From Camelus ferus (taxonomy: Eukaryota): 64,000 nt of DNA. This document shows positions 26,919 through 42,100 of this stretch, one piece after another. The first letter of the stretch is position 1. The number at the start of each line of letters is the position of its first letter. The notes below the pieces were generated by a model. It had not been told where the DNA came from, did not search any database, and saw only the letters and a program-made list of their open reading frames with translations. A program made the translations under genes and the position numbers. The stretch spans positions 22,506,001-22,570,000 of the forward strand of contig NC_045708.1 in NCBI RefSeq assembly GCF_009834535.1, read 5' to 3'.

Positions 26919-26965
26919 AATAAAAGAATACTTACTAACCTCCATCTGTTTACCACAGATTTATT
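26919..26965. terminator. Back-to-back polyA signals of DCDC2B (+) and TMEM234 (-)
   Basis: AATAAA (+) 26919-26924; TTTATT (AATAAA on -) 26960-26965. Confidence 0.7.
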
Positions 26966-27591
26966 ACAGACTACTGCTCGCCAGGCATTGCTCCACATGC
27001 TGAAGTCAGCCATGCAGGGCCCACAGGTATCTTATCTGTTTGAGGGCAGCAGGCAGCAGAGAATTTCCAACCATCCTTCGGGAGGGTCAGCCAGCTCATC
27101 TCCCCTACATCTGCCATTCTTAGGCACCCTTCCCTCAGTTCCCTCCTCAGCCAGTCAAGGCTGAGCCCTGGAGACTTCCGGTTTGCATTTCTGGCTCAAA
27201 GACAGCTGGCCCTCTCCCTGCTGGGGTTGTATAGGCCATCAACCATGCCACTGGGATAGTCCAGATTAGGCCACAGTCACACAGGCAGGGCTGGGGACCT
27301 GACATGACAGCAGGCAGACTGCTGCTGGGGAAGAAAGGTTGCTGAGGGTGAGTGTGAAGTCTCTGGTGCTAAATCCAAGCAGCTGAATAGCACTTGAAAG
27401 TTACCAAACCCTTTCACTCTTGTTCGCTTACAGTGAGCCATGAGGTAGCTATCTTCCCAGAGATGAGGAAGCTGTGGCCCAGAGGCTGGTGGGGAGGGGA
27501 GGGAAGGGTTAAGTCCACATGCTCACTGCCTCTACCTCCTGGCCTTGGGGCTTCCTGGAGACAGCAGGGCTGGAGGGTGGTGATGGCCCAC

Positions 27592-31891
<4,300 letters not shown>

Positions 31892-32010
31892 GGCAACGCC
31901 GCTCCTCTCCACTTCCGGGAACGAAGGGGAGGAGGCCCGTAATCCGGAAGTGGCGCCAAAGCCTCTTCCGGTCTCATTCACTTTGCCGCTTCCCTCGCGT
32001 CACCGCAGGG
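31892..32010. promoter_or_regulatory. Compact bidirectional CpG-island promoter for TMEM234 and EIF3I
   Basis: Only 119 bp between the two ATGs; ETS cores at 31911-31918, 31944-31951 and 31965-31971. Confidence 0.85.
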
Positions 32011-35000
32011 ATGGTGAGTTCTCTTGCGTTCGGGGTGTTACGTGGGGATCCCTGCCGGGGCTGGGGCCGATTCTGGGCGCTGACACTCCCATCCTATCCC
32101 CACAGAAGCCGATCCTGCTGCAGGGCCATGAGCGGTCCATTACTCAGATTAAGTACAACCGCGAAGGAGACCTCCTCTTCACGGTGGCCAAGGACCCTGT
32201 GAGCTTCGGCGGAAGGGCGGGCTGGCGGGACCATGCGGAGAGGGTCTGGGAGGGGGCAAGTTCATTCTGCTGGGGCGAAGAGTGAACAACCCAGTTTTGC
32301 CACGAGAGAGAAACCAAAGAATCGACATTCTGAGAAATAAGAGAGACCATTCCAGGGTTAGGTGGCGAGAACGTTAAACCGGGAGAGGTGGAAAAGAGCT
32401 CAGTTGTTGGTAGGAAGAGGGGGTAGCCGAGAAGAAAAACGGAGAGACCATGGTGGAAGGGGGACGGGACGAGGGTCAGCTCACTCACGGGGCGGGGAGA
32501 ACAAACTATTCTACAAGGATAGGGGAGCTGACCACCTGTAGAAGGAGAAAGCTGATCCTTGGGCGGCAGGGGACACAGAGGCCTTAATGAAGATGACCCT
32601 GATCTCATTTCAGTCAGCCCTTTTGGGCTCCATCCTGCCACTCAGTGCAAACAGCCCCTGACAGTAATGCCTTTTGAGACACCTGCATATGGAGGAAGTT
32701 AACTCTAGTGGCGAAAAGTGGGAGCTCTGAAACCAAACAGACCTGATTTGAATCCTGAGTCCCTTATTCACTAGCAGTGTAACTTTAAGCATGTCGTTTA
32801 ACCTTTATAAACTTTTTAAGTGTCCCTTTTTACAAAACATGGGTAAAAATACTACCTCCCTCATGGGATTGTCTTTAAGATTTAATGAGATTATTCAAGG
32901 AGGGAGCTTCGCACAGTACCTGCTGTGTGTGCGTTCCTAATTAATGTTAGTCACTTATATTTTAAATGTTTTAGATATCATTTTATTGGAGCCTCACAGC
33001 TACCCTTTGAAGAAGGCATTATTGTCATGGCCATTTTACAGATGGGAAAACTGAAGTTCCAAGGGGAGAAGCACTAATTTTGAGATAATACAGTGAGATA
33101 GTAGCAGAGCAGGGACTGGAACCCAGGCTTCCCTACTGCCAACTGCTCCCATTTGGACAGAACACCAAAGCTACTCTTTTTCTAGGCTGGCACTCAACTT
33201 GGCTTTTTGTTCTTTTGAGGGCTTAGGAGTCTGGGGAGGAGCTGAGATAGTGGCAAATGGAGACTTTGTGCAAGCCTCCTGGCTCCCTGCTGCTTACCTG
33301 CAGGAAGGAGGAGAATCCAGGAGTTGGTCTTTTTACCAGCGATCTGCTGTTTCTCAAGAGATGAGCAGGAGAGGGCAGAATCTGGCCTGGTTAGAGGCTG
33401 CCAGGGTTCCTGGGGCAAAATAGGAGACCATTGCTCTTCCAGGGATGTGTATCATTCTGTCACGTTGTCGTTGACTCCTTCAGATTGTCAATGTATGGTA
33501 CTCTGTGAATGGTGAGAGGCTGGGCACCTACATGGGCCATACCGGAGCTGTGTGGTGTGTGGATGCCGACTGTATCCTTGTCTCTGCCCTGAGTCTTTGC
33601 TCCCAGGGTCTGCCAGCAATGGAGAGGCTGCTGACTTGGAGTTGGGAGTTTGGGATACTCCCATGGGTCTAGAATATGATACCAGCCTCCTACTCCTTGG
33701 TCTGTTCACTGGTTGGGGGAACATTTAGAACATGAATGTTCCAGATGAGGAGGTTAGAATGTTCTGCGGTAAGAGAGGAAGAAAGGCTCTCTGGGGCTGA
33801 ATAGGGAGGTGATTCAGTTGGCCTTCCAAGAGGACAAGGGCTCAGGTGAACTCAGTCATGTTTCTTAACACCCTCTTCAGGGGACACCAAGCATGTCCTC
33901 ACTGGCTCAGCTGACAACAGCTGTCGTCTTTGGGACTGTGAAACAGGTAAGCCTGGACCCTTCACTTTTTTAACAAACAGTGAGGACCTACGGTACACTT
34001 GTTTAGGTGAACAGGTTCTGGGGAAATAGAGATAAATCCCGAGATGGTTCCTAGTCTAGGGAGGAAGAGACAGACAAGAAAATAAGGAAGACAGACGGGA
34101 AAAGAGGCACTCCAGTGAGATCTAAGCCATGTTAGAGGAAGCAAAGAGTACCGTGGATGGCCAGATGGGGCACAACTGACTGCCTGGAACGGGGATGGGA
34201 GCAGCCTGGGAAGGTTTCCCAAGGTAAATGTCATATGAGCTGAGGTTTAAAGGATGAGAAGGAGGTCATCACTTTGGCACCTGCAGGGATGAAAGCATGG
34301 CAAGTGTCATATCCAAGTCATCTGATCTGGCAGGAGCTCCTGCCTCTTGGGGGTTGAAATAGACAGCAGTGGAGATGACAAGGCAGGCTGGAGCCAGCAC
34401 AGGCCTTGAATGCCAACTCCGGAGCATGGCTTTGTTCTATAGGACTTGGCATGCTGTGGAGGTCCCTGAGCAGGGAAGAGCGTGTTTAGCTTTAGCCAGC
34501 TCCGCAGCAGTGGGAGAGCATTGGAAGAACAGACAGAAGACAGGGGAGCCTCTTAAGCCACTCCATTTAGTAAATATTTACTGGACACACAGTTCTCTCC
34601 TAGGTCTGTGCTGGGCACAGAGGACACACAGAGAAGTTAGAGCAGGTCTTCACTGTGAAGGAGCACATTCTGAGGCAGAGACAAATGTAATGCAATCCTC
34701 TATAAGTGCCACCATGGCAGTCTGAGGAGGGACTGTGGGGAAGAAGTTAAAAGGCTTGAGCCAAAGCCCAGCAGGGAGGAGGAGGAGGGTGAGGGGCTGG
34801 AGTCGCTAGCACAGGAGGAAGAGTGAGATGTGACAATAGGCATGTGTAGAGGGTGTCCATCCTGAGATGGCAGTGGGCAAGGGGTAGCCCAGACTCTGCC
34901 TGTCCCCAGGGAAGCAGCTGGCCCTACTCAAGACTAATTCAGCTGTCCGGACCTGTGGCTTTGACTTTGGGGGCAATATCATCATGTTCTCCACGGACAA

Positions 35001-38000
35001 GCAGATGGGCTACCAGTGCTTCGTGAGCTTCTTTGACCTGCGGGATCCGAGCCAGATCGGTGAGCCGGCACTGGGGCTCAGGACTAGGGTTGAGGTGAAG
35101 GGCGCAGCTCCAGAGCCCAGGGCCTGATATCTGCTGCCCCACACAGACAGCAATGAGCCCTATATGAAGATCCCTTGCAACGACTCCAAGATCACCAGCG
35201 CCGTTTGGGGGCCCCTCGGAGAGTGCATCATTGCAGGCCACGAGGGCGGAGAGCTCAACCAGTATAGTGCCAAGGTAATGGGGTCGGTGGGGCTAAGCCC
35301 ATCAGAAGGATTCCCTGCAAGAGGCAGGATAAGCCCTGTGGTTAAGAGCAAGGGTTGGATTCATGTTCAGATTTCACCACATTCTAATTATGTGATCTTG
35401 GGCAAATGCATAACTTCACGGAGCCTGTTTATCTGTAAGATGTTTCAAGGACCAAATGACATTAGGTATTTGAAAACCTTGTCACAGAGTACTCAGGCTG
35501 TGTTACTGATGATCATAGTTAAGCATTTTCCTGCACCTGGGGAGACAGACTCACAGACAGCTAGCACATGAGTCAGATTGTGAGTTGTGCCACCATAGAG
35601 GTCTCAACCAAGTACAGAAAGTGCCCTCTGTCACAGAGACGGTGGCAGGTACATTAAGCCCTGAAGAATAAATGGAGCTTTGGACGTTCCACAGACAAAA
35701 GGAGCAGCATGTGCAAAGACACAGAGTTAAGGGAGTGGGCGGATTCTTCAGGAGAGTCTGGTATCATTGGAATGCGGTGTTGAGGAAGGTAGGCAAGGAG
35801 TAGGCTGTTTGAGTGTCAGGAGATAAAGGCTTGTGATTTTCCCTTAGGTAGTGGGGAATCTTCAAATGGTTATGGATGATTAGAGTTGCTCTTTAGAAAC
35901 GTTCTGCAGGCTGCAGTTTGGAGAATGGACATAAACTAGGCAATAGCCACAGAGACGTGGAGTACCAGATAGTCAAGAGGCATTCAGGGCTGACTGATGA
36001 AATGGAGGATTAGGGAAAGGGAAAAGTCCCGGCTGCCTCAGATTTCAGTTGTGGGTGCCTGGGTTTCTGGGGAGTGCTGTGCTGGAATGTGATACCATAA
36101 AGGTTAATCAGTCACTCAGCCAGCTCTGACTGTGGTCCACTAAGGTAACGGGCCTACTTGGAGGAAGGGAATGGGAACCAAGGTCAGAGATCTAAATTAA
36201 TGCTTCATGTAGCTCAAGTGGTAGAACACATACTTAGCATGCATGAGGTCCTGGGTTCAATCCCCAGTCCTCCATTAAAAAAAAAAAACAACTAATAATA
36301 TAGTAAATTAAATAGACCTAATGATCTCCCCCCCAAACAAACAAACAAACAAAATAACACTGGATGCTAGCAAACAGTGGAGCTGATGTGGGCTGCAGGT
36401 AGGCCTGACTGCAAAACTGGTACTTGTTCTGCAAGATGTAGGAGCCAGATACGTCCCTACTGTGTGTCCAAATTAATGGAGGACATAAGCATAATTCTTC
36501 CCTCATAATAGGTAAAATAATTCAGGAAAGAAAGTGACAGTTTTCTGAGGGTCTCTGTGTGAGGCCTAATGCTTAAGGCGTTTGAGTCATCTAACAAATG
36601 TGTACAGAGCATAGCCCAGGTGCCCAGGTGTCACACACAGTCAATAAGACCCAGTCCCAGTATCCTTACAGTGACCCTGGGGGCCTTTAATAATCTTGTT
36701 TTCTAGATAGAGAAATTGAGGCACACAGAAGCACTTTTAAAGGCAGACTCTAAAGCTCTTTGTATTACACAGTCTAGCAGGTTGTTTAGTGGGAAGGGAA
36801 ATCAGGAGATGAAGTGGCCCTTTGAGAAGACCTAAAAAAAGATGAATGTGCCCGGTTCCCATGAACTGTGACCAAGATCCTACAAGAGAAGGGGATACGT
36901 GCTGTCTCTTTACCTCTTACTGGTCTCCAACAAGTCACATCACCTCTGGATCTTAGTTTCTACCTTTGAAAATTTCTGTTAAAATACCCACTTCATAGGA
37001 TTGTTGTGAGGATTAAAGGAAATAGGTGGTAAGTGCTCAGCACAACACTTGGCAAATAGAGCCATTCAATAAGTATTTGTTGGAAGAGGATTAAATGGAA
37101 ATTGCTGTGCTGTTACACAATGATTAATTAATAGTTCTGTAGATTTGTCACCATAAGCATGTGTTTTTTCGAGGGACAGGCTTGGTCTTGGGAGTGGGAG
37201 TAAATGCTGACTCAGGGATACTGAGGCAAGCCCAACCCAGACTTCCCCTCCCATTTGTTAATGGGACAAGAAACAGCATAGACCCTTTGCTGAACAGTGG
37301 GGGTCGAGCTGGTCAGAGCATTGTTCTTCTTCCTTCCACAGTCTGNNNNNNNNNNNNNNNNNNNNNNNNNNNNNNNNNNNNNNNNNNNNNNNNNNNNNNN
37401 NNNNNNNNNNNNNNNNNNNNNNNNNNNNNNNNNNNNNNNNNNNNNNNNNNNNNNNNNNNNNNNNNNNNNNNNNNNNNGGGCTTCTCCCACCCTCCTGCAT
37501 GACTCTCAACTTGCCCGACTTCCCAAGAAGTCTCCTTTTACAGATTCCTCGTCATCTTCTCTCTCTAGCTCTTTGACTCCACAACCCTTGAACACCAGAA
37601 GACTTTCCGGACAGAACGTCCCGTCAACTCAGCTGCCCTCTCTCCCAACTATGATCATGTAAGAGAACCCCAGTCAAGCTTCCTATCAAAGCCTCAGAAT
37701 GCTTCTAAGATCTAGCTGTCTGTCTAGCAATTAAGAAAGGAACTCTGGGGGGGTATAGTGTCAGGCAGAGAGGAAATGCCCAGAGCAAAAACAAGGCTGA
37801 ATGACTGGGAAGCCCCAGGGGACAGGGCAGGAGGTGGCTGAAGGATCTGTTTGTTCCTTACCCTTGGTGTCTTCCCCGTCTGATGTGGGAGATTTTAAAG
37901 GCTTATAGGGTGGTGGGAAAACAGAAAATGGACTTGCCTGTGCTTTGGGCCTGTCTAGAGTTTCTTCTGCCCTTCAGGTGGTGCTGGGCGGTGGTCAGGA

Positions 38001-38858
38001 AGCCATGGATGTAACCACTACCTCCACTAGGATTGGCAAGTTCGAGGCCAGGTAAAGGGGGAAGGAGCTCTTCCAGACCGAGATATCATGAAATGTCTTT
38101 CATGATGGACAAAAACGTACAAGGAGACCTCCCTTAATTCATTGGCTGCTAGGAAGTACAGCCAATTTGTGGCCCTCCTGTGACGAGTGAATAAAATAGT
38201 TAAGAACATGAACTCTCTTGCTCTGAAGCCCTACACAGCATTGTAGTTCTCTCTGCCGTTATCCTTGACTATAAAATGGGGACAATGATAATATACTTAC
38301 CTCATAAAACTGCAGATTAAATAAGTTAATAGTTGTTAAGCTCTTAGAGCACTGTCCAGCACATAGTAGGGAAGACTTTTGGGTCCAGTCTTCCCCCAAC
38401 TTTGTCTTGTTTCATTCATTTTCATTTCCCCTTGTCCCACTTTCCCCACTTTGTGGTTTGCATTTGAGAAGATACCTCTGACCACTTTGGAAGGAGGTGG
38501 AGAATGAATTAACTGTGCCATCCCACCCCACCCTACCACCCACCTCTCCTCCAGGTTCTTCCACTTGGCCTTTGAAGAAGAGTTTGGAAGAGTCAAGGGC
38601 CACTTCGGACCTATCAACAGCGTTGCCTTCCATCCTGATGGCAAGAGGTAGGGCTCGGTGAAGGAGGCTGAGCTCAGCCCTGGTCTGCCCGCTCTGCCCC
38701 TTTCCCATGCCCTGCCCCCCCAGGCTTATCTCCCCCAGGGCAGGCATCTGACTGGGCCCTGGCTGTCTCTTTCCAGCTACAGCAGCGGCGGAGAAGATGG
38801 TTATGTCCGCATCCACTACTTTGACCCACAGTACTTTGAGTTTGAGTTTGAGGCTTAA
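32011..38858 (+). CDS. EIF3I: Eukaryotic translation initiation factor 3 subunit I (WD40), 325 aa; exon 7 mostly in an N gap
   Basis: Exons 32011-32013 (ATG only), 32106-32198, 33484-33571, 33881-33946, 34910-35059, 35147-35274, 37342-(~37452, in gap), 37569-37658, 37978-38051, 38555-38647, 38777-38858. [23 protein letters not shown]...YFEFEFEA*. Confidence 0.97.
32705..33135. mobile_element. Two adjacent, oppositely oriented MIR fragments (other MIR relics near 23000, 25050, 28230, 28500, 29350, 31200, 36950, 38200, 49250, 54000)
   Basis: MIR core motifs TTTGAATCCTG..GTAAAAAT..CCTCATGGGATTGT and CCCATTTTACAGATG.GAAACTGA. Confidence 0.55.
33572..33880 (+). other. EIF3I: U12-type GT-AG intron of EIF3I
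   Basis: Donor GTATCCTT at 33572; branch point TTTCTTAAC at 33861-33869; AG at 33879-33880. Confidence 0.88.
36208..36353 (+). mobile_element. tRNA-derived SINE
   Basis: TAGCTCAAGTGGTAGA...GGTCCTGGGTTCAATCCCCAG, A-tail, then the family's TAAATAGACCTAAT..CTCCCC tail and (CAAA)n. Confidence 0.85.
37346..37477. other. Assembly gap (132 N) covering most of EIF3I exon 7
   Basis: Acceptor CACAG|TCTG (Ser-Gly, the expected exon start) 4 nt before the gap. Confidence 0.95.
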
Positions 38859-38910
38859 GAAGCTGGATCTCCATCTGGGCCAGGGTCACAGAAGGTTTCA
38901 GACTCCAAGA

Positions 38911-38932
38911 AATAAATTAGTTTGGAAATAAA
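38911..38932 (+). terminator. EIF3I: Tandem EIF3I polyA signals
   Basis: AATAAA at 38911-38916 and 38927-38932. Confidence 0.75.
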
Positions 38933-39026
38933 TGATTTCTGATCAGATATTTTTATGGGGCCTGTCTCATCACTTTCCCTTTGCAGTGATACCCCAGCGA
39001 GCTGATACCAATCATGGGATGATACC

Positions 39027-39032
39027 TTTATT
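39027..39032 (-). terminator. Probable polyA signal of the MTMR9-like gene
   Basis: TTTATT on + (AATAAA on -), ~160 nt downstream of the stop at 39190. Confidence 0.6.
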
Positions 39033-39189
39033 ATTTGGAACTTCTCCCTACACTTTGGACACTTCAAACCTGGAACTTCAGTATTATGGGCTAGGCTGGG
39101 TTGCAGGCACCCTCATCCAAGGTCCAAAGGTGCTGAGGGGCCGGGAGAGGGTTCAGGAACATCTCAACCACTATCCAAGGAACCAACAC

Positions 39190-42100
39190 TTAGAGTTGGA
39201 GCTCAGAGGCTGAAACTGTTGGCTGAGAGCCTTCTGTCTTCTCCTGATCTGTCACTATTTGCCACACCTTCTCCCATGCTGCCTCTGAAGGCTCAGGTGG
39301 ACGGGTCCAGCGCAGAAACAGGCCTGAGGAGGAGGAAGGACAGGTAAGGAAGCTGAGCAGAGAACTCCCAAGGGGAGAAGGTGGGTAGGGGGTCACCTTG
39401 CCACAGTCGCAGGCTCTGGGGCTCCACAGAGGGCCAGAGGGCCAAGGGATTGGGAACGTAGAGTGGGTTCCGGAGTTTGCGTTGCTCCTTTAGCTGATTG
39501 AGCCCAGACCACAAGGAGTGGGTTCGAGTTCTCACTTCACACAGGCATCTGGAGGGAATGAGGGAGTGAGCTTTCAGACTCAGCTATGCCCTTTGGGATT
39601 CTGGGTGGGAGGCCCTGGCAAGTAGGGTGACAGCTCTTCCGGGACAGTGATAACCTCTCCTGCAAATGTTACTGCCAATCAGATCCTGAATTGGACATTA
39701 CGATAAAGGAATGAAGTCCTAGTTCTTAAAGGAGTTCTGCTTAGCTTTGCCTGAGATGATCAGGGAAGGCTAATTAAAAATGGGCCATTGGAGCTGGCTC
39801 TGCAGCAGAAGTTCAAGGGTGCAAAAACATGTAAATACTTAGAAGTGGGAACTGCAGGAGCAAAAGCAAGAAATTGGGAAAGGGACCAATGTGAATATTG
39901 ATAGGTCTGGTGAGGAAGCTGTTCCGATGGCCCACATGGAAAGGAAAGGGTCTGGATTAGGGTAGTAGGAGGGGCCTTTGACAGGAAAGGACTAAGCTGA
40001 GAAATTCTTAAAAGAAAAGCTAAATAAGAAGGATGGGGGAGAGGGAGCTAAAGAGAACAGTTTCTAACCTGGGGGACCCATAAGTGTAGTTAGTGAAAAC
40101 AACATAAGTGGAGGAGGCAGCTGGGCAACAGAAGATAACTATGATCCCCACCTTCTTAGGGAGGAGGGGCCCCTCCCTCCCCTTATCTCAGCCTGATGAG
40201 AGAAGGACAGCTAGTGAAATCTGATCACAAGCATATGCAACAAGCCAACCAAATAATAATAACCAGCACATGTGTGCCAGGCACTGTGCCTTTAACTCAG
40301 CTAATTCTCACACACTCCCACCTCACCCCTAGATTTTGGCAACTATTACAATCCTCTCCTTGCTACTGATGAAACAGAGACTTGGGTTTGTTTTTGAACA
40401 CCCAGCAGGTGACTGGTGGGACGGGAACTTGAGCCCAAACAATCTGACTCAGCTTTCAACCTCTAATCTATTGCTTCACTAGAATCAACCCTGCAAAGTG
40501 GTAGGGAGCCCCAGAAATAACTGGCTGCACCTTTCCCCTTCAGTCTTTGTTTTTAAGCTGGGATGCAGTTGTTCTTGAGTAGGTCTGAGGGACTGGCCAT
40601 CTATTTATGGGTTTGCAGAATTTACAGGGAAGTGTGAGTGCAGAGGTAGGGAAGGAGAGGACACCAAGAGATTTTCTAAAAGAGAAACTCATTTGAAAGG
40701 GAAAGGTGTCTTCTAGGGAAGTAGGGTGCTGATGTAGCAAGGACCCGCCCCGGTCCTGTGCCTGCCCTCTGACCCACCTTGACACCCGCCAGCTCACCTC
40801 TCCTGTTCGCTGTTGCAGAGGAAGGTGCCGAAAGGGGAGGCATAGGCGTGATCAAACAGCGCCAACAGCATCCCCTCCCCAAACTCCAGCGACAGCGGGA
40901 ACTGGCGGCCCAGCTGCCACACACAGTCCAGGAAGAGGAGAAAAGTGGGTGCCTCGTGCTTGGGGCGGGCGTGGGAGAAGGCCGAGTGGGCACAGCGCAG
41001 CTGGAAGGGGTGGCCGGCCTGGGGAGGGGGCAGAGCGATGGGCACAAGGAAGTGGGGTTTCTGGGTGGAGAGGTAGGGCTGGGCGGCCACTTACCTGAAT
41101 CCACTCTCGCTCTACCAGTTCCTGGAATCCAGCCATGGTCCGGCTTGAGGGGTCCAGGATGAGCTGGGCCAGTGAAGTCACGACCAGGGTGCTGTCTGTG
41201 CCTTCAGCCCCATGTACCAAGATGCAGGCCCCTTCCCTGTCGACCAGGGCTTATCAACAGTGGCCAGTCCTTCCCTGCCTGAAGTGGCCAGGCTAGGAAT
41301 ACTGTGGGCCCATTTCAAGGCTGTTTGCTTACTGAGACAAGGTTTTGTGGCCTGGTGTTGAGAGCCCCGCCCACCCTGCCCTGTTCTGTCTCATGGGTTG
41401 GGGGAGGTGCTTACCGCTCCATGCCCTGGGCTGCTAGGCAGGCGGTGCTCAGTGCCTCCTTCACATGTGCCAGCCAGCGGCAGCCCGCTAGTCGACTAAG
41501 CCAGTGGTCCATGCTCTGCTCCAGGTCCCCACAGGCCTCCACCAGGTGCACGAAGCTCTCCTGTAGGGGCCGCCCCCTGTACAAGTGGGACTCTGGTGAG
41601 CACAGCCTGAGAACAACTGCTCCAGACCGCTGAGGGAGACATAAAACTCTCCAAGGAGCCCAGCTGACAAGCGGGACTCAGAGCCCTTTGGGGAGCCCAG
41701 CTAATCTAATGGAGAGGATTCTTCAATCTTGAGGATTCCTCAATCTGGTGGAGGAGACTCAAGACCCTTTGGGGAGACCTAGTCTGTTGGGGAGGCCTAG
41801 CCATACCTGGAGAGGGGTCACACAGCCCTCTGGGGAAACACAGAATGCTCCGGGAAACACCCAATTTGATGAAAGTGTCATAATACCCTTGAAGTACCCT
41901 GATCTGATGGGAGCAACACAGTATCCCCAGGGGAGCCCCAGTCTGACAAGAGAAATAATACTCTTGGGGGTCTGATATATGCTCCTACTTTCCAGAAACT
42001 GTTCTGCTTTAGAACACCAGTAATCTGCCAGAAAATCTAATTGAGACTTTTTCAGCCTTATTTAAAAGTCTTCTGAGGGTTGGGTATACCTCAGTGGTAG

